From Candidatus Hydrogenedentota bacterium (lineage in GTDB: Bacteria; Hydrogenedentota; Hydrogenedentia; Hydrogenedentales; SLHB01): a stretch of DNA of 64,000 bases. Position numbers and translations under genes: made by a program. Below, one piece after another: positions 49,912 through 58,240 of the stretch. The stretch spans positions 149,791 to 213,790 of the forward strand of contig CAXXTH010000022.1 in assembly GCA_963668025.2 (NCBI GenBank), read 5' to 3'. The notes beneath the pieces are model-generated. The model ran no database searches and was not told the origin of the DNA. It worked only from the letters and a program-made list of their open reading frames with translations. Within the stretch, counting starts at the first letter, position 1. Every line of letters starts with the position of its first letter.

Positions 49912-51852
49912 TCATGGATAGAGAGCTTGTTTGACGCGGACTCGGGGGCAAACCCCAGGCCGTTTTTTGAAAACCGAGGGACTTACGCCACACACGCGCG
50001 AGAACGCGCGGGTGAATGCCGCAGGATCAGAATAGCCCACCTCATTGGCCACGTCACGCACGCTACGATGGGGATCAAGCAGCAGTTTTTGGGCCTGCGC
50101 AATCCGCGATAATACGAGGTAGTCGCGAAATCGCAGGCCGGTGTTTTCATAGAATAGCTTTCCGAAATGGCTGTCGGATAACCCCAGCTTATTGGCGATT
50201 TCCATTCGGCTCGTTGGAATCTCGCTGGATTCGGCCACCAGGGCACAGGCATCTTTCACGACACACTGCGCCATTGTTGGAGGCCCTTCGAGAGTCTCCT
50301 CCATGTACGGCAGGAGATTGGCTTGGAACCAAGCTGACAAATCATTATACGTGCGCAACGCATCATAATCATTCGAAAACCGAGTTCTAAGCGCATCGAT
50401 TTCCTTGTCGGAGAGGCCTCGCTGGTTCAATAGATACAAAATGGAGTCGAGAGTCTTCGAAAACATCCTGCGGCCATTTCCGGGATCAGCTTCACTGACG
50501 CAACCAATGCCACGAAGGGCCTGCAAACACCACGATACCAGCGCTGGATCCCCATCTTCACTCTCATCTAAAGGCAGCATGCCGCGCGGCTGCCCGGCGA
50601 TGCTATCCGGATCCAGACGGGGATCCGCAGAACTATCATCAGAAGACAACCACATATCACGTTGCGCTTCTTTGTACGAACGGGCGACCTTTGCCGGATC
50701 ACCGGTATCGGACCCAATGCCCACGAGAACAGGCACGCCTACGCGCTGCTTTGCTTGTTCTGCAATGGTGTGAGATAACTCCCTTAGTTGCAGCAGGCGA
50801 AGGCCAGGATTTCGCACAGCCGCAGGCTTCAGCAAAATGACAACCTCGCCCGGACGTATGGACGTGACCATGGTGTTAGGCAGGCTGTCTCCATATTCAT
50901 GCACCACGGAAATCAACTGCGACATGGCGTTGCTTCGTTCCTCATATGACATCCGCAACGTGTCCAGCGCAGACGGGTCTAGTTGAATAGCCAGCGCCGC
51001 AGTAGGAAGCTCCGCGATCCCAATGGCTTTGGCGCGCACCTCCGCTTCCTCGAGCGGAAATGTTTCCTGGTAGAGCAGCAATTCGGCCAAGTCTCTCACG
51101 CGGTACATATGCAAGCGCGCGGATTCGCTCTCACGCGCGACTATCTCTATTATGTCTTCCCACATACGGGTAAATGCCGTTGTCGCCGTCTTCAAACGGG
51201 ACATGAGGTCATCGACCTCTTTTTCATTCAGAACGGAAATCCCGTTGAAACAGCCTGCCAGCGTTTCCCGCTCCAAGCCAGGAATATCTTTCACTTTTTC
51301 CCATATGCCCTCAAAAGTGGCAGGCGAATACCCGGCCCGAAGGAACTGCCCAATACATAAGACACCTGCATATGACCCATTAATGAAAATAGGCGTCATG
51401 GTATCCGTAAGGCCTGCATGGCACTGGTAAATCTGCGTACACTGCGTGCTTGCGGCGGCGTAAGCGGCATTGCGCTCGCAGCGTTCACAACGCGCCTGGC
51501 CTTTCCGAGTAGCCTTGATTACATTGCAGAACCGCTCCACATGGCTTCCCCCAGCGAAACAATCGTGCATTCTACCTAGGAACTGAATACGCGCGAATGG
51601 CCAATCCCCTGCCTCACTAACTGCCGGAGCGACTTTCTCCGATTGCAGGAAGAAACCAGCGCCCGCCACTTTAAATCTGCTCGTCAGTAGCTCCAGATAC
51701 TCACTGAATAACTGCGCTGAAGGTTCCACATGCTGCCGCAATAGACGAAGATTGTTCGGCGTCTCCGTGGATTCCTGCAAGAGTGGAGGTGAAGATTGTA
51801 TGAAGGCCATTCCAGCCGGTTTGGTTAGATCATATTTTTTCATTATCCACAT
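49912..51852 (-). CDS. Transcriptional regulator with PocR sensor domain, central GGDEF-like region and AraC HTH
   Basis: FCNVIK..G..RC..C, YQCHAGLTD..PIFING..GVL.IGQF (PocR); LSDSHFGKLF..TG..F.DYL...RI..A.KLL, VGYSDPAAFTRAFSRVCGVSPS (AraC). Confidence 0.88.
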   Translation of the reverse strand: MWIMKKYDLTKPAGMAFIQSSPPLLQESTETPNNLRLLRQHVEPSAQLFSEYLELLTSRFKVAGAGFFLQSEKVAPAVSEAGDWPFARIQFLGRMHDCFAGGSHVERFCNVIKATRKGQARCERCERNAAYAAASTQCTQIYQCHAGLTDTMTPIFINGSYAGVLCIGQFLRAGYSPATFEGIWEKVKDIPGLERETLAGCFNGISVLNEKEVDDLMSRLKTATTAFTRMWEDIIEIVARESESARLHMYRVRDLAELLLYQETFPLEEAEVRAKAIGIAELPTAALAIQLDPSALDTLRMSYEERSNAMSQLISVVHEYGDSLPNTMVTSIRPGEVVILLKPAAVRNPGLRLLQLRELSHTIAEQAKQRVGVPVLVGIGSDTGDPAKVARSYKEAQRDMWLSSDDSSADPRLDPDSIAGQPRGMLPLDESEDGDPALVSWCLQALRGIGCVSEADPGNGRRMFSKTLDSILYLLNQRGLSDKEIDALRTRFSNDYDALRTYNDLSAWFQANLLPYMEETLEGPPTMAQCVVKDACALVAESSEIPTSRMEIANKLGLSDSHFGKLFYENTGLRFRDYLVLSRIAQAQKLLLDPHRSVRDVANEVGYSDPAAFTRAFSRVCGVSPSVFKKRPGVCPRVRVKQALYP

Positions 51853-51972
51853 CCTTATAAGGCGTGGGTATTATACTTCATATTCCAGGCAAGGGGATCA
51901 AGCCTCTGTTTTGCCTAGCATTCCAGAGTGAATTCCATCACGACGGAAATGCATATGTTTATCGATACACTA

Positions 51973-52001
51973 TTGACACTGTCCATTTTTCGTGATACAG
52001 T
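51973..52001 (+). promoter_or_regulatory. Sigma70-type promoter divergent from the PocR/AraC gene
   Basis: TTGACA-17 nt-TACAGT with a TG extended -10. Confidence 0.55.
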
Positions 52002-52118
52002 CAGATTCGCCATCATCCATTATTCGATACGCAAAAGCGTGATAAAGCTCGTTATATGAAAAAAATAAACTGTCAAGATAGAGTTTACACAGGTAGTCAA
52101 AGCCAACATAAGGATGGG

Positions 52119-53477
52119 ATGATTATGAGAACAGCCATATTATGCGTAGCGATGGCCTTTGCACTGTTGGGATCTACTATTTCCGCCGCGCAAGCGGAAC
52201 CAACAAAGGAAACACCGAAGATGGGGATCCAATCGATTGCCATTTACACGGATTTGATTGAATGCCCAGAATGGATTCCGTTTTTTAAAGCAAGCGGATA
52301 CAACACGTATCAATGCTGGGATATGGCATGGATTCGGCCGCCAGACACACATGAGACCCTATACAAAAACATGGATAAAGGAATAGAACGCCTCCAGGAA
52401 GCGGGATTTAAAGTGTATGTCCTGCTATCGACCAACATGAACCAGAAACAAACGGCTGATCAAGCAGACTATCAGATGACATTCGATCCCGCTGATGAGG
52501 CCCTGATGAAAGAACGGTTGGAATACATCCGCACGGCGGTTCGCAGATTACAGCGTGCGGATGGGTTCACCATCACACCGGGGGATCCGGGCGGACATGA
52601 AAACGCCAGCCCAGAGCAGTTTATTAAAATGGCGCGTGAAATGATGAGCATCGTACGCAAAGAAGCCCCTAAAGCAGAAGCAGGCATAAATTTATGGGCC
52701 ATCGGCTATTGGGACCATATGCCAGATCCCTTCAAAGTGGCGCTCTGGGATAAAGAAGTGGAGTTATGCCGAAAATTCATAAAGCTCCCGGATATGCTTG
52801 CTCCGGGAGTTGGCGTGGAATTTCCGCTACACAATTATTACCGGTCGCTGGCGCTCAAATGCTACATCGAGGAAGGCAAAGAGCCCGAGAAGATGCCCTC
52901 CGCAGCAGAAGTCAAAGAACTCAAGGCGCGCGGCGTGCAACGGTTATGGGGGTGGCCGTACTTCCTGACAGACGAATGTGATGACGGGTACAAAGGCACG
53001 ACCTCAGGGCTCAGCCAGTCCGAGACGCGATATATCAAACACATTGTGGACATTGGCCGCGAGCTAGGCCTCAACGGCATGGTGGCCAACGCTTTTGCGA
53101 GCAATATCTTCGCGGAAACGCTGAACCTGTATGCCTTTGGCCAGTTTTGCCAGGAGCCGGAATTGACGCCAGAAGCCGTTATTCAGCGCTTTTCGTTATT
53201 GGTATCGGAGCCTGCCACGGCTGTCGACTTGGAGCAAGTCATCCGATATATTGAAAACCAGAGCACGTGGCAATCCGGCCTGCCGGAAAAATACCGGCTT
53301 CCAGATTTCACCGTCGAAGGCATTCAGAATGCCGAAGAAGCGCAACGGCGCTTAAGCACAGTAACCGCACGTGCGCAATGGCCATGGCCCATGCCAAAAT
53401 CGCCTGCGGATTATATCGATAAATTGCAGGAACGCCTTTCCATTTTAGTGGAAGAGGAGGCCAAACCAGCAGCATGA
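52119..53477 (+). CDS. Secreted hypothetical protein, possible glycoside hydrolase-like TIM barrel
   Basis: Signal peptide ending AQA; GYNTYQCWD, PGDPGG, WPYFLTDE; sits in the glycan island. Confidence 0.55.
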   Translation: MIMRTAILCVAMAFALLGSTISAAQAEPTKETPKMGIQSIAIYTDLIECPEWIPFFKASGYNTYQCWDMAWIRPPDTHETLYKNMDKGIERLQEAGFKVYVLLSTNMNQKQTADQADYQMTFDPADEALMKERLEYIRTAVRRLQRADGFTITPGDPGGHENASPEQFIKMAREMMSIVRKEAPKAEAGINLWAIGYWDHMPDPFKVALWDKEVELCRKFIKLPDMLAPGVGVEFPLHNYYRSLALKCYIEEGKEPEKMPSAAEVKELKARGVQRLWGWPYFLTDECDDGYKGTTSGLSQSETRYIKHIVDIGRELGLNGMVANAFASNIFAETLNLYAFGQFCQEPELTPEAVIQRFSLLVSEPATAVDLEQVIRYIENQSTWQSGLPEKYRLPDFTVEGIQNAEEAQRRLSTVTARAQWPWPMPKSPADYIDKLQERLSILVEEEAKPAA

Positions 53478-53894
53478 GCAGCACATACATGATGCAACCC
53501 ATTCATACTACTTGACGCCCCCCAAAGCAGGCATAGCGCCATCCACATGGGTGGCGCTTTAGCATTTCACACAGAACCGCTAGTCTGAGCAGATTTCACT
53601 GCCATCTTTCTTTGCATTCATTTGACTATAAGTGACATACGATGGTAATAATAATTGTTTGCTTAACCCTGAGAAATTAGCACATAAAATAGGCGAATAC
53701 GTACATTCGTGTGTACATTTGGCGCAAAAAGTTTTCGCCATACAGCGTGGCAACGGCAAATGCCTAGAAACCTTCTTCAATGAACGTTACCTTGGGGAAA
53801 CGCGCCTGTTCCATATGAATAGACTGATTCGGATGGCAACGCACTTGTGAATGAGCATGATCGATACATTCCTAACACATGAAGGAAAAGGGCC

Positions 53895-55013
53895 GTGGAA
53901 ACAAAGAACTACATAGATATTGCCAAAGGCGAGCCGGATTTTCATACGCCCGATTTCGTCAAGCAAGCCGCGATAGAGGCCATACATGCAAACCGCACCA
54001 AATACACGCCTTTTCAAGGAATATTGGAACTGCGTGAAGCGGCCTCCCGGAAATTCCATCACCAGAATGGGCTGGACGCCCATCCAGACGATATCGTGGT
54101 CACCTGCGGCGGGAAGCATGCGTTGTATCTGGCATTCGCGAGCCTGTTGGAACCCGGCGACGAAGCCATTATCCTTGCGCCGTATTGGATGGCCTATCCA
54201 AAGCAGATTTTGATGGCTGGCGGCACGCCTGTTTTCGTACAGACTCAAGAAGACCGGGCGTTCGCACCTGATATAGAAGCCATCAAGGAGTCCCTTACTC
54301 CGCGCACGCGCCTTGTCATCTTGAACTCGCCATCGAATCCAACCGGGGCGGTGTACAGCCGCGGTTTTCTCCAAAAACTGGGCGAGCTGGCGGTGGAACG
54401 CCAAATCTATATCGTATCGGATGAAGTGTATGAAACGATTCTATTCGATGGCGCGGCGCATGTTTCGATTGCCTCGCTTGATACCGCTTTTGCCCAGCGT
54501 ACAGTGACGATTAATAGCGTTTCCAAGACACACGCCATGACGGGCTGGCGGATTGGGTATGCGCTGTTTCCGAAAAGCCTCGCGCAAAAAGCCAGCGGCA
54601 TTATCAGTTCAAGCACGTCGGCCCCTTCTTCCGTGTCCCAATATGCGGCGCTGGCCGCGCTGGAAGGAGACCAAAGCCATGTGGCGATGATGGCAGCCTC
54701 TTATGCGGAAAGGCGGGCGTTTCTCGGTAAACGGATAGAGGAATTGCCCCATTGCCATGCCATTCCGCCGCAGGGCGCGTTTTATTTTTTCATGAATATA
54801 AGCGGCCTGCTCGGAAGCGCCATTCATGGACACGCCATCACCAATGCGGATGATTATATGCGCCTGGCCTTGGAGAGCGCGTACGTTCATGTTCATTCGG
54901 GAGTCCTCTTTGGCGCGTCAGATCATCTTCGGCTTTCATTTGCGGTATCCATGGACGCCCTCAAAGAGGGCATGGACCGGCTAGAACGATTAAATAGAGA
55001 TGGGGAAGTATAG
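53895..55013 (+). CDS. PLP-dependent aminotransferase class I/II
   Basis: GEPDFHTP, YTPFQGILELR, LNSPSNPTG, SDEVYE, SVSKTHAMTGWRIGY, LRLSFA. Confidence 0.93.
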   Translation: METKNYIDIAKGEPDFHTPDFVKQAAIEAIHANRTKYTPFQGILELREAASRKFHHQNGLDAHPDDIVVTCGGKHALYLAFASLLEPGDEAIILAPYWMAYPKQILMAGGTPVFVQTQEDRAFAPDIEAIKESLTPRTRLVILNSPSNPTGAVYSRGFLQKLGELAVERQIYIVSDEVYETILFDGAAHVSIASLDTAFAQRTVTINSVSKTHAMTGWRIGYALFPKSLAQKASGIISSSTSAPSSVSQYAALAALEGDQSHVAMMAASYAERRAFLGKRIEELPHCHAIPPQGAFYFFMNISGLLGSAIHGHAITNADDYMRLALESAYVHVHSGVLFGASDHLRLSFAVSMDALKEGMDRLERLNRDGEV

Positions 55014-55014
55014 A

Positions 55015-56193
55015 ATGCGCATCACGGAAATAAAGAGTTTTCTATTATCAAACCCGCGCGACTTGCATATCATCAAAATAGAGACGGATGAGGGCATTTA
55101 CGGCATCGGCGAAGCGGGCTGTTCCACCCGGGAACTCGCCCAAGAAGGGATATTGAAACACTTCCGCCCGTTTCTCATTGGCATGGACCCCATGCGGATC
55201 GAGCATATCTGGCAGACGTGTTATCGAAGCGCCTATTATGAAGGCGGTCGAATTATCACGGGCATGCTATCGGCCATAGATATGGCCCTCTACGATATTG
55301 TAGGGAAGAAACTCCGGGTTCCAGTATACCAGTTGCTGGGCGGCGCAAGCCGGGACCGCGTATATGGATTTGTCACCTTAGGCGGCGTGGACGAGCCTGG
55401 CGTGCTAGAACGCACTCAAGAAGCGGAAGCGGAAGGCTGGCCCGCGATTCGATTCTCGCCAGCGGACGGTGCAATGCCAAGGGCGCTTTGGGCGGAGCCG
55501 GATGAAAAACGCGCCTCCAATATACTGGATGTCCGCCGTTCCATGGCGTCCACGGCGCGATGCTTCGAGGAAATCTGGCGCAAAGCAGGCCGCCATATCG
55601 CACTTGGCATTGATTACCACCACCGTTTATCCGTGGCGGAAGCAGCCCAATTCTGCCAAATGATACCGCGTGGCAGCCTGGCGTTTTTGGAGGAGCCTAT
55701 TCGATGCGAAACGCCGGAAGCATATGCCCAACTGCGCACGATGACGGATGCGCCTTTTGCCATCGGTGAAGAGTGGCCCAGCAAGTGGGCTGCGCTCCCG
55801 TATATCGAACGAGGCCTAGCGAATTTCGCCCGAGTGGATATTTGCTGCATCGGAGGGCTCACCGAAGCCATGAAAGTGGCGGGATGGTGCGAGGCGCATT
55901 ATATTGATCTCATGCCCCACAACCCCATCGGGCCGGTATGCACCGCCGCGACCATCCATTATGCCGCCTCCATCAATAATTTCACGTGGGTCGAAGTCGT
56001 GCCCAAATTCAACCAAGGCGCTTCGGATATTTTCCCGGAGATGCTACAACGAAAAGGCCCTTATTATCCGCTGCCGGAGAAGCCTGGCCTTGGCATCGAG
56101 TTTGACGAAGCGGCGGCGCTCAAATACCCCATGACGGAATTGTATGAACACCCGCATATTCAGCGGCCTGACGGCAGTTACACAAATTGGTAA
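55015..56193 (+). CDS. Mandelate racemase/enolase superfamily sugar-acid dehydratase (DgoD-like)
   Basis: KIETDEGIYGIGE, SAIDMALYDI.GK, IDYHH, FLEEP, AIGE, PHNP, PGLG, W at the C-terminus. Confidence 0.88.
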   Translation: MRITEIKSFLLSNPRDLHIIKIETDEGIYGIGEAGCSTRELAQEGILKHFRPFLIGMDPMRIEHIWQTCYRSAYYEGGRIITGMLSAIDMALYDIVGKKLRVPVYQLLGGASRDRVYGFVTLGGVDEPGVLERTQEAEAEGWPAIRFSPADGAMPRALWAEPDEKRASNILDVRRSMASTARCFEEIWRKAGRHIALGIDYHHRLSVAEAAQFCQMIPRGSLAFLEEPIRCETPEAYAQLRTMTDAPFAIGEEWPSKWAALPYIERGLANFARVDICCIGGLTEAMKVAGWCEAHYIDLMPHNPIGPVCTAATIHYAASINNFTWVEVVPKFNQGASDIFPEMLQRKGPYYPLPEKPGLGIEFDEAAALKYPMTELYEHPHIQRPDGSYTNW

Positions 56194-56249
56194 GAAACGA
56201 TGCGGGTACGCCTGCCAGCAAGCAAAGCGCACCCGCATTCTTTTCCCTC

Positions 56250-57752
56250 TTATTTTGCAAACTCGAATGCATACAGTTTCGTGCCGCGGCATTTGAAACG
56301 CAGGCGGACAGGCTTCCCCGCCAGGGTGGCGACGTCCGACGCGCCATTCCCCCACTCTACTGTCCTTTTTATATAGTCCCCATTTATGATGCGGGCGGTA
56401 TCGAGTCCAAAGCCAGGAAACTCCTTTTTACCGGCGTCCAGTATAGCCACTTGCGCTTCACCGCTGGCCGAGGTGTTGATATTGAGCATTAACTTAGCGC
56501 CCTCGAAAACAAATGGCTCGGTCGTAACAGTTCCGCCTTCGTAATCAAAATCGAGCGATATGAAACCATCTATACGCTGTTCCACCCGGAAAACGCCGCC
56601 TAGGCTTCTTCCGCCTTCACCATGGCGCACTTGCGTATCTCCATGGGTGAAGGCATACCCCATGAAGAATTGCACCAGCAGATCGTTCTCGTAGAAGATG
56701 CCAGGGATCATCATCGCTACTTTGACATCCAGGCCATCGTATTTACCCATGGGGATATATGGCGTCCGATAACGAATCCAATTGACGCCGTCCCGGCTGG
56801 TGGCGAGTTGGGATTCGAGCGCGCCATCATTGGTTTTTCCGCCGATAGCCAAGGTAGGCGCATTTAGGTAGGCCCGCTTTTCGGGCTCATTATAATGATA
56901 ATACGGCGTGGGGAAACCAATATAGGAATGAGGAGCGCCTTCATATTTCTGGCAGGCGTTCGTATATAGATCCATGCATTCCGGGTCATGCTTGTCACTC
57001 GATATCGCCACCGGGATTTCTTCTGGCCAAGGCTGGTTCATGGCATCCACTACCACCACGCCGGCCGCCCGGCCGTTATCCGCCACCCTGGGATAAAAGT
57101 AGTATTTATTCGTTTCCGGATTCCAAAAAGCGGAAATCTGGCTGTCGGAATGAATAGATGAAATGGGCTTTTCATCCATTGCGAAATGTATGCCATCCGG
57201 CGATGTGAATAATTGAGTTTTTAGTTTTTGCTCGCTGGATAAATACGCATACCGCCTGTTCCCGGGCGCGTTTGGATCAATGATGACTGTGCCTTCCCGC
57301 TGGCCCCAAATAACAATGTTGTTTTCTTTTGAACCTTTCCATTCTACAACGCTAAGCGAAGGCTTCTCCCAATTCCGGCCATCTTTTGATATAGCCAGCG
57401 CGACGCAAAAACCGGGGTCCACATCCCAGCTTACTGGCACATAATACAGCCGGTATTCCTTGGTGATAGGATCGAAAAAGACATTGCCATAGCTGGTGAT
57501 GCCCCCTTTTTCCCATGGTTGGTCCGCAATAAGGGCCAATTCATCGAATCGAGGCGGATTGACGGTTAGTTGGGCGTTTTCGACTTCATCTAGCATGAAT
57601 GTATCGAGAAATAGAAATTTTCCGCCTCCTAGATCATATGGCTCCCCATCATTTGCCGTAGCCGAAACCGCACATACCCCAGATGCAATCATGACAATCA
57701 TGGCTTTCCATAACATAACAGAATGCATTTCATTCCTGCTCCACAAGTGCAT
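56250..57752 (-). CDS. Secreted beta-propeller protein (GH32/GH43-like fold) with a C-terminal beta-sandwich
   Basis: Signal peptide; Asp-box-like SKDGRNW, SPDGIHF, SRDGVNW; RIDGFISL and LAGKPVRLRF..LYAF tail. Confidence 0.7.
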   Translation of the reverse strand: MHLWSRNEMHSVMLWKAMIVMIASGVCAVSATANDGEPYDLGGGKFLFLDTFMLDEVENAQLTVNPPRFDELALIADQPWEKGGITSYGNVFFDPITKEYRLYYVPVSWDVDPGFCVALAISKDGRNWEKPSLSVVEWKGSKENNIVIWGQREGTVIIDPNAPGNRRYAYLSSEQKLKTQLFTSPDGIHFAMDEKPISSIHSDSQISAFWNPETNKYYFYPRVADNGRAAGVVVVDAMNQPWPEEIPVAISSDKHDPECMDLYTNACQKYEGAPHSYIGFPTPYYHYNEPEKRAYLNAPTLAIGGKTNDGALESQLATSRDGVNWIRYRTPYIPMGKYDGLDVKVAMMIPGIFYENDLLVQFFMGYAFTHGDTQVRHGEGGRSLGGVFRVEQRIDGFISLDFDYEGGTVTTEPFVFEGAKLMLNINTSASGEAQVAILDAGKKEFPGFGLDTARIINGDYIKRTVEWGNGASDVATLAGKPVRLRFKCRGTKLYAFEFAK

Positions 57753-57877
57753 TGCTTTTCTCCTTTAATGTTAGGCTTTATGAATCGTTTTTTTTCAAAT
57801 AAATGCATGCGCCTTTCTACTGAATCGCCTTTTTGGAGAAATACATAAAAGCCTTGAGATGGGGTTAGCTTTTTTGG

Positions 57878-58183
57878 AAGGGTGTAGCTCTGTCATTACC
57901 GCTCCTGGAAGAATATATCATGTGTACGTATTGAAGAAATAACGTAAAACTGCCTACCTGTCATCCCCGCGAACGCGGGGATCCAGAGAATTTGCACTGG
58001 ATTCCCGCTTTCGCGGGAATGACAATAAGATAGTTTACGGTGTTTTATAGAACATATGCTATTAGGTAGTGAGGCAAATCACCATGCATTTTGGTTCATC
58101 CGCGCGCCCAAGAACGGCTCCAAATAAGTTGCGGCTATCTCTCGGCAAAACGAATGGAGCGGTAATAACAGAGCTGCACCCTT
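57878..58183. mobile_element. 306-bp MITE-like element bounded by 28-bp terminal inverted repeats
   Basis: aagggtgtagctctgtcattaccgctcc (57878-57905) versus ggagcggtaataacagagctgcaccctt (58156-58183): 26 of 28 complementary. Non-coding interior. Confidence 0.6.
57959..58024. repeat. REP-like double palindrome
   Basis: tgtcatccccgcgaacgcggggatccag-10 nt-ctggattcccgctttcgcgggaatgaca. Confidence 0.8.
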
Positions 58184-58187
58184 TTAG

Positions 58188-58220
58188 GTGGGGGCGGGCG
58201 TATACATGCGCCCGCCCCAC
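58188..58220 (-). terminator. GC-rich hairpin after the 58241-60817 gene
   Basis: gtgggggcgggcg-tatacatg-cgcccgccccac, 20 nt past the stop. Confidence 0.55.
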
Positions 58221-58240
58221 TGCGATACCGAAACTTCGTG

